Below are positions 1-9,856 of a DNA stretch of 64,000 bases, piece by piece. The DNA lies in assembly GCA_963733345.1 (NCBI GenBank), contig CAVTDX010000076.1, positions 13,753 through 77,752 of the forward strand. Direction: 5' to 3'. Every line of letters begins with the position of its first letter. Positions within the stretch are counted from its first letter, which is position 1. Origin of the DNA: an uncultured delta proteobacterium. GTDB taxonomy: Bacteria > Desulfobacterota > Syntrophorhabdia > Syntrophorhabdales > WCHB1-27. Both the position numbers and the translations under genes were made by a program. Below the pieces are notes generated by a model. It did not search any database. It was not told where the DNA came from and saw nothing but the letters and a program-made list of their open reading frames with translations.

Positions 1-141
1 CCGGCGGAAGGTCATATGACGCCGGAGGCTTCTTCCTCATGGCAGTCGTATGGACGTTTCCGCAAATCAAGGCAGGACGCGGCTCCTAGCTGGGAGTTGG
101 CGAAAGGGCGGGCCTGCAAACCAAAGAAAGGAGGCGGTGTC

Positions 142-438
142 ATGGAGACAAGGAAGGAATTTCTCGAAGCCGTGATGAAGATGGCCAACCTGAAAGACCT
201 GGAACAGGCGGATGACGCAGCTAGGGCGGTGATCTCGCTCACAAAGCGCATCATCGGAGAAGAACTATCTCAGAAGATTGCAGACGTCTCGCCGCCTGAT
301 CTTCGTCAGGGTTGGGAATCTATCAAGGTTGCGCAAGAGGACTATACCGGGCGTGATGAACGCTTATTCGAAACCGGGGAGACCGACGAGGAGCTGGAAA
401 GAGAAAGGCAGCTAAAGACAAAATCTGAAAGGTATTAG
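142..438 (+). CDS. small hypothetical protein (DUF2267-like)
   Basis: ATG at 142 follows AAAGGAGG by 7 nt; the longer 16..438 start has no RBS. 98-aa helical acidic protein. The family call rests only on weak by-eye resemblance. Confidence 0.4.
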   Translation: METRKEFLEAVMKMANLKDLEQADDAARAVISLTKRIIGEELSQKIADVSPPDLRQGWESIKVAQEDYTGRDERLFETGETDEELERERQLKTKSERY

Positions 439-725
439 CAATGGCGATGGGGTTCGCTTTCACATATCCTTATGAGCAATTTGGCGCTGTTAGCGTTGCG
501 CTCGACCTATAGCGCCGCATTACCCTAGAGCGAATGCACGGATAATGGGACACGGAACTTGCTTGTCCTTGATTTCAAACAAGTGAATACGTATACTTTT
601 ACCGGCGATGGGGTTCGCCATAAACGCCCACAAGAGGCTAATGACTCCTACCAAGATTCCACCTCTTTCGGGGACGGGGACAACGGCGGACTGACGCTCC
701 CGGAGAGGTTTTCCGGAGGAGCATC

Positions 726-2408
726 ATGGAAGAAAAGGCGACCCTGTCCCGCCCAGCCCAATCAACTGCCCGGTCAATTGTCGACGGGGTCCACCAGGCA
801 GCCGATCGTTTCGATATAGTTTCCCTTCGCCGCCACATCGATGCTTACGAAGGCTTCTTCGCCCAGGACCAGCTCATAGATGTGGCGATCCTTGGGCAGT
901 TTAAAGCGGGGAAGAGTTCCTTCATCAACAGCCTGATCGGGCAGGACGTCCTTCCCATCGGCGTGATCCCCGTGACCACGGTAATTACGCGCCTTCGCCA
1001 CGGAGAGAAACCTTTGGCCGTCGTGACCCGTTTCGATGCAAGCACGGTCGAAGTCCCCGTCGACGAGGTCGGGGAGTTCATATCCGAAGAGAAGAACCCG
1101 GCAAACGCAAAGAATGTAGAGGTGGTGGACATTGCATTGCCCGCTCTCGAGCGCTACCCCGGGCTGCGTCTCGTCGATACGCCGGGCCTCGGGAGCGTCT
1201 TCAAGTACAACACAGAAACCTCCCGGGAGTGGCTTCCTCACGTGGGGGCGGCAATCGTGGCCGTGAGCGCCGACCGCCCCCTTTCCGACAACGACGTCAA
1301 CCTTCTTCGCGACCTTGCCCGGTATACGCCGAAGATCCTCCTCTTGCTGACGAAAGTGGACCTTCTTTCTCATGACCAGCAAAAAGAGGTCATCCGGTTT
1401 TTCAGGAACACGTGTCAGCGGGAGATCAACCAGGATTTACCCGTATACCTTTATTCGACAAAAGTGCGGACCGATCTGCTGAAGAGCCGCATCGACACCC
1501 TCCTGCTCGGCCTCTCGAAGAACCGGGATGCGGAGTTTGTCGCCATCCTTAAGCACAAAGTCGCTTCCCTTGGGAAAAGCGCCGTCGCCTATCTGGAGAT
1601 CGCCCTCAAGACTTCCGAGAAGGCGGACGAGGACCGGGAGAGTCTGAAAAACCTCATACTCACCGAAAAGCTCAACTATGACCTGATCCACTCGGAGCTC
1701 TTCGCCTTCGCCCGGGAAAACATGCTCCGGACGAGGACCTTTATCGCCATGCGGCTTGAGACCAAAAGGGCCGAGTTCACGTGGAAGCTAATTACAAGCC
1801 TGCAGAAAGAGATGCCAACATGGAAGGGCAACCTCTGGCGTCTGACGCGCAGGTACGAGGAGTGGCTTGAAGAAAATCTGACCAGGGATCTCGCAGAGCT
1901 TTCCAAAGAAGAGCACCGCCATTTCTTCGGCGCCCTCAACAAGACCTACATGTCCGTTTCCCGTTCCCTCGACCTCTTCCGAAATCTCCTCGACAGTAAC
2001 ATCGAAACCGTGCTCGGCATAAAGCTTTCCCCTGCTGAATGGGACATAAGCGTTCCCGAACCGAGCCGTCCGGACGTAGCCTTCGCGAAAGTCTTTGATT
2101 TTAACCTCGATCTTCTCTGGTTCCTTATCCCAATGATCGTCTTCAGAGGCATTTTCGAGAGGCACTTCCTTAGCAAGGTTCCGCGGATCGCGCAGATGCA
2201 CCTCTCCCGCCTTGCCTATCAGTGGGAGATACGGATCAACAGGACCATCGAAGAGGTACGTGACCAGGCATTGAAGTACGTCCAGGACGAGCTTGCCACG
2301 ATTGATGCCCTTCTTTCCCGCACCGCGGGACAGAGCGAAGAGATCCGAAAGACGATTCATGAACTGCGCGCCGGGCTTCAAGAACTGACGGACAGCCCGG
2401 ATGCGTAA
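726..2408 (+). CDS. bacterial dynamin-like GTPase
   Basis: 560 aa. G1 GQFKAGKSS, G3 DTPGLGS, G4 TKVD, followed by a long helical stalk-like region. Confidence 0.8.
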   Translation: MEEKATLSRPAQSTARSIVDGVHQAADRFDIVSLRRHIDAYEGFFAQDQLIDVAILGQFKAGKSSFINSLIGQDVLPIGVIPVTTVITRLRHGEKPLAVVTRFDASTVEVPVDEVGEFISEEKNPANAKNVEVVDIALPALERYPGLRLVDTPGLGSVFKYNTETSREWLPHVGAAIVAVSADRPLSDNDVNLLRDLARYTPKILLLLTKVDLLSHDQQKEVIRFFRNTCQREINQDLPVYLYSTKVRTDLLKSRIDTLLLGLSKNRDAEFVAILKHKVASLGKSAVAYLEIALKTSEKADEDRESLKNLILTEKLNYDLIHSELFAFARENMLRTRTFIAMRLETKRAEFTWKLITSLQKEMPTWKGNLWRLTRRYEEWLEENLTRDLAELSKEEHRHFFGALNKTYMSVSRSLDLFRNLLDSNIETVLGIKLSPAEWDISVPEPSRPDVAFAKVFDFNLDLLWFLIPMIVFRGIFERHFLSKVPRIAQMHLSRLAYQWEIRINRTIEEVRDQALKYVQDELATIDALLSRTAGQSEEIRKTIHELRAGLQELTDSPDA

Positions 2409-2649
2409 GGAACCACGGATCACGAAAATCATCCTGATTTCGGGAGGAAAAGTCCCCATCTACGGGGAGCGTATGACGCAGGCCAGGATTTTGTAAGGCA
2501 GCCTGCGAAGGCTCGTCTACAGACCGGAACGCTGACGAAGAATTCTGGGAACGGGTCTGGAAAAGGACATCGCCGATGGAGATAACGTCCTGGCGGTGGA
2601 GACAGAGATGATGATTCATCAAGATGTCTCCACCGATGCGAGGGCACAG

Positions 2650-3132
2650 GAGCCCTTGGGGCCGCGATTCACCATTCGGCAAATCGGCCGTCTGCCGCAT
2701 ATGCCAAAAGGAGGGAGCAATGTCAAAGATAAAGCGTGTTTTCGCAATGGAGGCCGAGACAAAATCCTCATGCTTGACTATGCCTCGAAAATTGGCGCCG
2801 TTCGATGCGCAGAGCGCCTCGCACCTCGCCACGGTCTCTCTCAGAAACGGAAGGATTGAACTATCTGTTTCGTAAGCGACGACTTCAATAGAGAGAGGTC
2901 CATTCTTTCGGGAAATCAAAGTTTCCACAAGGGCGGCAAAAAGGATGCCCGCCCCTGCTCTGGGGTCCAGGATTCTAACCTCGGGCAGGAATGTTTCAAA
3001 CATCGACGACATAAACCGGGCTATCGCGGACGGCGTAAGAAACTGGCCGATTCGCGCCCGGCCGGTTCTATTCGTTACATCGTTGAAAGCCTTACGAATA
3101 TGATCAAGAGTATGCAAAGGCTCTATTCTCAT
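2650..3132 (-). pseudogene. degraded N-terminal fragment of an N6-adenine DNA methyltransferase
   Basis: FLTPSAIARFM and SAM motif ILDPRAGAGILF are in frame. A PPFG (motif IV-like) is only readable after a frame change near 2700-2725. The rest of the 298-aa ORF runs antisense into the dynamin gene. Confidence 0.5.
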
Positions 3133-3414
3133 ATCACTTTCTCTCGCCTTGAGAACCCGCCAAGCTTCATATTGCCGTTTATACTATGGCATGAATCGAA
3201 GACGATTCCAAGTGTAGACTACAGGACGTGCAGCGGCTCAGGAAAGGTTTCGCCAAGGACCAATCGTTACCCGATCAGACGGCCATGTATTCTGCAAAGG
3301 CGCAGGATTCCGGAATCGGCAAATTGTCTTCGCGCAGGCCCTGCACATGCATCATTATGGCTTTGTGCATATTCTGTTCGACTTCCTCACGGGTTGAACC
3401 GGTAGCGATGCAAT

Positions 3415-3470
3415 ATCCGGACAGTTAATCGGGCGGACTCGGCTTTCGTTCATGACTCCTGGCTCCTGAC
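3415..3470 (+). repeat. left copy of a direct repeat flanking relBE
   Basis: ATCCGGACAGTTAATCGGGCGGACTCGGCTTTCGTTCATGACTCCTG.. is about 80 percent identical to 4118-4166. Confidence 0.7.
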
Positions 3471-3574
3471 CCTGCGCAGCAGAGCCCTTTCGCCGGCGCG
3501 GGCTATTGAACACCTTATCTGTTGATTTTGGTGTGCCATAAGTGATACACTTGAACATCGCTAAGGAGGTCGCC

Positions 3575-3802
3575 ATGCCCACAAAGAATGCACGAATAAA
3601 TGTAGTCGTAGAGAAACCTCTCTACGCGCTCATCGATGAGATATCCAGGGAGAGAGGCATTTCGAAATCGATGCTTGTAAGGGACCTTGTCATACAGGCC
3701 ATCGACCTAAGGGAAGACCAGGCCCTTGCCCTATTCGCCGATGAACGGCAAAAATTTTTCGACAAGTCGAAGGCGCTCACCCATAAAGACGTCTGGGGAT
3801 AA
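3575..3802 (+). CDS. ribbon-helix-helix antitoxin (RelB/CopG-like)
   Basis: ATG at 3575 lies 5 nt after AAGGAGG. N-terminal beta-strand RINVVVEKPLYALIDE fits an RHH fold. It ends 2 nt before the toxin start. Confidence 0.7.
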   Translation: MPTKNARINVVVEKPLYALIDEISRERGISKSMLVRDLVIQAIDLREDQALALFADERQKFFDKSKALTHKDVWG

Positions 3803-3804
3803 GC

Positions 3805-4131
3805 GTGGCCTACGCCGTCAGCTACCATCATCTCGTGAAAAACGAAGACTTGCCGAAGCTTGACAACACCGCCAAGGCACGAATAAGGAGGGCCATAGAG
3901 ACTCGTCTGATGGTTGCACCCGAAGAATACGGTGAACCTCTCAGACGAACGCTCAAGGGGTACTGGAAATTGAGGGTCGGGGATTACAGGGTGGTATTTA
4001 CGGTCGAAGGCGATCGGATCATCATTCTTGGCATCCGCCACAGACGGGACATTTACAAAGTCATGACTGAAGATAGGGCCGGACGTCAGCACCCGCCGAG
4101 GGCGTCAAAGAGAAGCAATCCGGAAGATTAA
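3805..4131 (+). CDS. relE: RelE/ParE-family toxin
   Basis: 108 aa. KGYWKLRVGDYRVVFTVEGDRIIILGIRHRRDIY is a typical RelE/StbE C-terminus. Confidence 0.8.
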   Translation: MAYAVSYHHLVKNEDLPKLDNTAKARIRRAIETRLMVAPEEYGEPLRRTLKGYWKLRVGDYRVVFTVEGDRIIILGIRHRRDIYKVMTEDRAGRQHPPRASKRSNPED

Positions 4132-4166
4132 TCAAGCGGACTCGGTTTTCACTGATGGCTCCTGAC
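4118..4166 (+). repeat. right copy of the direct repeat flanking relBE
   Basis: Starts in the last codons of relE (AATCCGGAAGATTAA) and continues GCGGACTCGGTTTTCACTGATGGCTCCTGAC. Confidence 0.7.
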
Positions 4167-4429
4167 TGCTGACTAATGACTCTGCGACGGGCGGCGGCTA
4201 TGAGGATAACCGCAAATAATCAATAATCTTAGCTATGTTAAAGACTGGTGTTGCTTTGCGCCTGATGTTTCCTGTATCATTCACTTTGATTATTTTTCCA
4301 TTTGTGCAATAGTATCACTGGTAATGCGCAGTGGCATATTGATCGGCGGGTATTCCAGCGCGTACAGAAAGCGACGGAGGATAGAGAGTGCGCCCATCCC
4401 GAGTTGGGCAATAAGAGAAGAGGACCGGT

Positions 4430-4948
4430 ATGATTGTAGAGATTAACGGCAAGAGACCACGTGTAGACCCGACGGCGTTTATTGCGGACAGCGCTACGGT
4501 CACAGGCGACGTCGTGGTAGGGGCAGGGGTCAATATATGGTTTCAGTGCATTGTTCGCGGTGATACGAATTATATTCGCATCGGAACGAACTGCAATATC
4601 CAGGATGCGTGTGTCCTCCACGCGACGAAAGCGCAGCGCCCATTAATATTGGAGGACGGTGCGGTACTTGGTCACCGCGCGGTTGTTCATGGGTGCCACA
4701 TAAAGAAAGGGTCCCTCATAGGCATCGGAGCAATTGTACTGGACGGGGCAGAGATAGGCGAAGAATCGATTGTCGGAGCAGGGTCCGTCGTGGCGCCAGG
4801 GACTATTGTTCCTCCCCGATCGCTCGTATTTGGCATACCGGCCAGGGTTGTCCGCTCCCTTCGTGAAGACGATCTCCTGATGATCCAGGATATGGCCAAT
4901 GGGTACCTCGAATTGAAAGAGATTTACCGACAAGCCCTTTCCCGATGA
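4430..4948 (+). CDS. gamma-carbonic-anhydrase-like hexapeptide-repeat protein
   Basis: 172 aa. Left-handed beta-helix hexapeptide repeats (IADSATVTGDVVVGAGVNIW, IGTNCNIQD, LGHRAVVHG). Confidence 0.85.
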   Translation: MIVEINGKRPRVDPTAFIADSATVTGDVVVGAGVNIWFQCIVRGDTNYIRIGTNCNIQDACVLHATKAQRPLILEDGAVLGHRAVVHGCHIKKGSLIGIGAIVLDGAEIGEESIVGAGSVVAPGTIVPPRSLVFGIPARVVRSLREDDLLMIQDMANGYLELKEIYRQALSR

Positions 4949-5083
4949 TAGAGCCCTTCCTGCCAAGTGAGGGGCTCAAGGTTCTTCTGGGTTATATGGG
5001 GTCTTGCAATCATATACCGTCTCTTGTAAGATTTGATTATGGCTCGGCCAATGTTGACATCTTGAACATAGGGAGAAATAGCA

Positions 5084-6996
5084 ATGAGTGATGACAAACA
5101 ACGCTCCGGACCTACCCCGTCCGTTCCGCAGACCACGCCTCCTCCATCGGCCTTCCCCGGAGGATATGCGGGCAAGATCCTGAGGGTCAATCTTACAAAT
5201 AAGACGATTGCCGACGAGGCGCTCAGTCAGCAGCTATGCCGCCGCTACATCGGGGGCGCAGGCTTCGTCGCTTACTTTTTGTGGAAAGAGCTGAAGGCGG
5301 GAGTTGATCCTCTGGCCCGGACAACAAACTGATCTTCGCCCTGGGACCGGTAACGGGGTCAACGCTGCCGGGCGCCTCCCGCCACTGCATTGGCGCCAAG
5401 TCCCCGCTGACCGGGGGCATCGGCAAATCCGAAGTGGGCGGATTCTGGATGGTGCAACTCAAACGCGCCGGCTACGACGCTATTATCGTAGAAGGCAAAG
5501 CGGAACAACCTGTCTACATCTGGGTGCAAGACGGGAAAGCCAGCATAAGGGATGCCAGGCATCTGTGGGGCAAAGAGACTAGAGAGACCGAGAGCGCCAT
5601 CCGCTCGGAGCTGCACGACGAGCATGTCCATGCAGCCATGATCGGCCGGGCCGGGGAGAACCAAGTGCTCTTCGCGTGCATTATGGAGGGTTGCCACGAT
5701 GCCGCAGGCAGAGGCGGCCTTGGCGCCGTGATGGGCTCCAAAAATCTCAAGGCCGTTGCGGTCAGAGGGCATTCGCTCCCTCCGCCGGCCGATAGGGAAA
5801 AAATGAAACAGATCACGCGGGAGATGATGGGTCGTAAAATTCCTCCCCTATCGGAGTTTGGCACCGGCGGCCTGGACATGATAGCCGGGGAAGCCATTGG
5901 AAACCTTCCGGTCCGCAATTTCCGCGACGGCTTATTCCCGGAGGTGCGGCAGATCAACGGCGCTGTCATAAGAGATACTATCAGGGTCGGCATGGAGGGC
6001 TGCTTTGGTTGTCCGATCCGCTGCAAGAAGATCGTTAAATTTGAGGAACCCTATGTGGTGGACGCGGCTTATGGCGGCCCCGAATACGAAACCCTGGCGT
6101 CGCTCGGATCCAATTGCGGCATAGGCAACCTCAAAGCCATCGCTAAAGGCAACGAACGATGCAACGCTTATGGGTTGGACACGATTTCAGCCGGCGGCGT
6201 CATCGGCTTTGCTATGGAGTGCTTTGAGCGAGAATTGTTGACCCCCCGAGACACCGGCGGCATCAATCTCAGGTTTGGCAATGACGAAGCTATGCTCCAG
6301 GCCATTGAATTAATTGCCAACCGCCAAGGCATTGGAAACCTTATGGCCGAAGGAACTGCTCGCATGTCTGAGAGAATCGGCGCTGAGTCTAAAGCCTTTG
6401 CGATGCATTCGAAAGGCCTCGAGCCCGGTCTCCATGAGCCTAGAATCAGACCGGGCTTGGCGCTCGCTTATATGCTCAGCGCGATAGGAGCGGACCACTG
6501 TACTAGTATACGAGATTTTGAGTTTGCTTCCGAGGCGATGCCTGCGCTCAAAGGGTATCATCCTCTCGGATACTTGGAGCCCGTGCCCATCGAGGATTTT
6601 GGTCCACGCAAAGTGGAGCTTTACAGGATCGGCAACTTTATAAGTATTCTTAACGATTCGATAGCCTTGTGCATCTTCCCGGGCTATAATTTAGAAACTT
6701 TAACCGAGCTTCTCAAGGCAGTTACGGGATGGGACACCGGCATACCGGAACTTCTAAGAGTAGGTGAACGAATCGTGACCCTGATGAGACTCTTCAATAT
6801 CCGGGAGGGCTTTACGGCTGCGGATGATGTGTTGCCGGAGCGCTATTTTCAACCCAAGACCGATGGCGTTTTAGCCGATATCAACATCGACAGAAAAAAG
6901 CATGAGAAGGCCAAGCAGTACTACTATGCCCTGATGGGCTGGGATGCGAACGGAATACCTCTGCCGGACAAGGTAGAGGGGCTTTGTATAGATTAA
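5084..6996 (+). CDS. aor: tungsten-type aldehyde:ferredoxin oxidoreductase, split by a 1-nt frameshift as assembled
   Basis: N-terminal GKILRVNLT..YIGGAGF in frame 2 (5084-5332). The continuation LIFALGPVTGS..AKSPLTGG and the rest (GCFGCPIRC, GLDTIS) are in frame 1 (to 6996). The join is at 5311-5316. Confidence 0.85.
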
Positions 6997-7073
6997 GAAT
7001 GATGAAAGTTGTTTCAAACATGCATGAAAATCGGCAAGCGGCTGTGAACAGATGAAACGGGGTGCTTCTGTCC

Positions 7074-7787
7074 CTATCTCGGCAGACCGGGCAGATTAAT
7101 CTTGGGGAGCTTCTTCCAAAACCCCCCGGATTCCTTGGGCTGAGCATCCTCAGATTCCTGGTCGACTGCCTGCTTCGGCTCCTCGGCGGCTGCACGATCA
7201 GGCTCTTCATGGCCCCTTTCTCCGAGCATATCCTTCGATCCCGGCATCCCCACCTTCTGGTAGCCCGCCGGGAGCTCAAAGAGCGAATCTGGCTGTAAGC
7301 CCATGTTGATATTCCTGTATTCCATGGTCCAGCTGCCGTCTATGGAGGCCATCTTTACGGGAAATTTGATGTCGGTGGCTATCCACTGGTACATGCGTTC
7401 CGTCTTGCCGCTTTCCGTATAAGTGACGTCATACTTCTCGGTAGGGTGGCCGTCGACCTTCTCGTGGCCGATCAGCTTCCTCGAGACCTCGCCACGGAGC
7501 TTCTCCTGCGTCTTAGGCGCCTTGCTCGGGTCGTACTTCATCTCCATGTAGCTCTTCTGACCCGTCATCACGACCCACATCAGGTTTTTGTCGGCTCGCA
7601 CGATATTGTAGCCCGCCTGGCCCTCAGTTTCGATCCGGACCTTCTGCTCCTTCATGTAGATTTTCGACTTGTGCGCTTGTCCCTGGGCCGTCATCACCAT
7701 GTCGGACGACAGATCAAACCCGAAGCCGGCAGAGGCAAGAAGCGCCGAAACCGATACAAACCCGAGGAACAGAATTAGTCTTCTCAT
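7074..7787 (-). CDS. secreted DUF4412/LolA-like protein
   Basis: Signal peptide MRRLILFLGFVSVSALLASA, then a beta-rich body. The family call is tentative. Confidence 0.55.
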   Translation of the reverse strand: MRRLILFLGFVSVSALLASAGFGFDLSSDMVMTAQGQAHKSKIYMKEQKVRIETEGQAGYNIVRADKNLMWVVMTGQKSYMEMKYDPSKAPKTQEKLRGEVSRKLIGHEKVDGHPTEKYDVTYTESGKTERMYQWIATDIKFPVKMASIDGSWTMEYRNINMGLQPDSLFELPAGYQKVGMPGSKDMLGERGHEEPDRAAAEEPKQAVDQESEDAQPKESGGFWKKLPKINLPGLPR

Positions 7788-7899
7788 GACCGGGTCTCCC
7801 TAGTTCTTGTTGCGCAGGCCGCAGTTGTGCCCCATGACAGCATCAATTTGTCAAAATTCCCCTGAAAACCCACGTCCGTGGCATCTCTCGGCTAATGTT

Positions 7900-8064
7900 C
7901 CCCATATAGTAATGTATGCGAACTTTATTAAAAAAGCAGCATTGGGAAGCCCCGGTTTTGACACAATTCTTAAGGTCATAGCCGCCCTTGGCTTAACTTT
8001 GCGTGCGGAAGCGGCCCATGCGGACGATTCAACGGCCCAGGGAAGCGACGCGGCTAATCGGTAG
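7900..8064 (+). pseudogene. C-terminal remnant of an XRE-type HTH protein
   Basis: FDTILKVIAALGLTLRAE resembles the last helices of XRE/HigA-type proteins. No intact N-terminal HTH is present. Confidence 0.3.
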
Positions 8065-8287
8065 GAAAGATAGCTCCCCCGACTCCTGGCCTATTATCGA
8101 GATGGACACGGTTCATCTTTCCCTTGACATTCTCCCGCCCGTTGAGTTTCAATGATATTGGCCTGAAGTAAGTACGGCTAAACGGATCAAATAGAGTTAA
8201 ACAACCAGATGTCTTCAACTGCCTTTACTTTAGAGAGGGCCCGGAAAGCTTCATCTACGAATTTGAAAGAGCAAGGGAACCGATTGC

Positions 8288-9856
8288 ATGAATGTTCAAA
8301 GCGCGGATAACCGTCAGCGCCTGAGAATGGAAAATATTACGAAAAGGTTCCCGGGGGTCCTTGCTCTCTCGGGGGTCCGCTTCGATCTGCACCAGGGAGA
8401 GGTTCATTTAATCCTGGGGGAGAACGGCGCCGGCAAATCAACTTTGATAAAGATATTATCCGGCGTATATCATCCGGACGGAGGCGAGATTTACATCGAA
8501 GGAGAGCGGGTTGAAATCCGGAATCCCCACCAGGCCAAGAAACTTGGGATATCGACGATCTACCAGGAGTTTTCGCTGATCCCCCAATTGACGGTCGCAG
8601 AGAACATCTTTCTGGGGAGGGAAGTTGCGTCCGCCCGATTCAAATATCTGATCGATAATCGCATGATGAACCGTGAGTGCCAATCGTTGATAGACCGGCT
8701 GCAGCTTCCTTTGAAGCCCACGAGGCAGGTCCGGTCGCTCAACACGGCAGAGAAGCAACTCGTCGAGATTGCCCGGGCCTTATCGACGGAGTCGAAGGTC
8801 CTCATAATGGATGAACCGACTAGCACTCTGACTTCGAGGGAGATTGAGCGTCTCTTCGAGATGGTCCGTCAGCTCAAGAGAGAGGGCGTTGGAATCATCT
8901 ATATCTCTCATCGGCTGGAAGAAGCCGGGATGATCGGGGACCGGGCCACGGTCCTTCGTGAGGGGAGGTATATCAAAACCGTCCAGGTCGGGGAGACTGA
9001 TCTCCACGAGCTGATCGGCCTGATGGTCGGAGAGGAGATCAAGGAGCGGTTTCCAAAAGAAGCGGTTCGGAAAGGAGAGGAGGTTCTCCGTGTCGAGAAC
9101 CTGACAAATCTGCCTCATTTTCAGGACGTCAGTTTTTCATTGCACCGGGGAGAGGTCCTCGGTTTCGCCGGGTTGCTCGGTTCCGGGAAAGAGAGGATTC
9201 TCCGCTCGATCTTCGGCATCGAACCGCATCAGGCCGGGACGATCCACATTGCCGGCATGCCCGCACGGATCCTGTCCTGTCGGGACGCGATCGGCCGCGG
9301 AGTCAGTTATCTTCCTTCCGATAGAAAGGAGGAAGGAGTCTTATTAAGAATGACGGTAAAGGAGAACATTACGCTCTCATCATTAAAAAACTTCTGTAAA
9401 TTTGGAATGCTGACGCTTGCGAAAGAGTCGAAAACGGCAAATGAGTTCAAGAAGAAATTGAACATCCGGACGCCCGGCATTCAGACCATGGCAGAATACC
9501 TGAGTGGAGGAAATCAGCAGAAGTTAATCATCGCCAAATCGCTCTGCTCTCAGTCGAGGGTCTTCTTTTTCGACGAGCCTACTCAAGGGATTGACGTGGG
9601 TACTAAAGTGGAAATATATCTTTTTCTGAACGAATTGGTGAAACAAGGGGCAGGGGTCGTGCTTTCTTCTTCCGAACTCCCCGAACTTGTCGGGATGTGC
9701 GATCGCATTCTGGCCATGTACCGGGGGAGGATCGCCGCAGAGTTTTCGGCGGAAGAAGCCGACCAGGGAAAGATACTCAGGGCGATTTTCGGAAAGGGGC
9801 AGGAAGAGGGCGAGACTGGCTTGGAGAATCATTGCGGAGGAACACCGGATGGATGA
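8288..9856 (+). CDS. sugar (ribose-type) ABC transporter ATP-binding protein, two ABC domains
   Basis: Walker A GENGAGKST; second domain GLLGSGKER; signature LSGGNQQK. Confidence 0.9.
   Translation: MNVQSADNRQRLRMENITKRFPGVLALSGVRFDLHQGEVHLILGENGAGKSTLIKILSGVYHPDGGEIYIEGERVEIRNPHQAKKLGISTIYQEFSLIPQLTVAENIFLGREVASARFKYLIDNRMMNRECQSLIDRLQLPLKPTRQVRSLNTAEKQLVEIARALSTESKVLIMDEPTSTLTSREIERLFEMVRQLKREGVGIIYISHRLEEAGMIGDRATVLREGRYIKTVQVGETDLHELIGLMVGEEIKERFPKEAVRKGEEVLRVENLTNLPHFQDVSFSLHRGEVLGFAGLLGSGKERILRSIFGIEPHQAGTIHIAGMPARILSCRDAIGRGVSYLPSDRKEEGVLLRMTVKENITLSSLKNFCKFGMLTLAKESKTANEFKKKLNIRTPGIQTMAEYLSGGNQQKLIIAKSLCSQSRVFFFDEPTQGIDVGTKVEIYLFLNELVKQGAGVVLSSSELPELVGMCDRILAMYRGRIAAEFSAEEADQGKILRAIFGKGQEEGETGLENHCGGTPDG

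Noticed and set aside
3415-4180. The idea that the relBE flanking repeats are integron attC sites.
   Set aside because: I could not find an RYYYAAC/GTTRRRY core pair or an imperfect palindrome, and there is no intI gene in the window.
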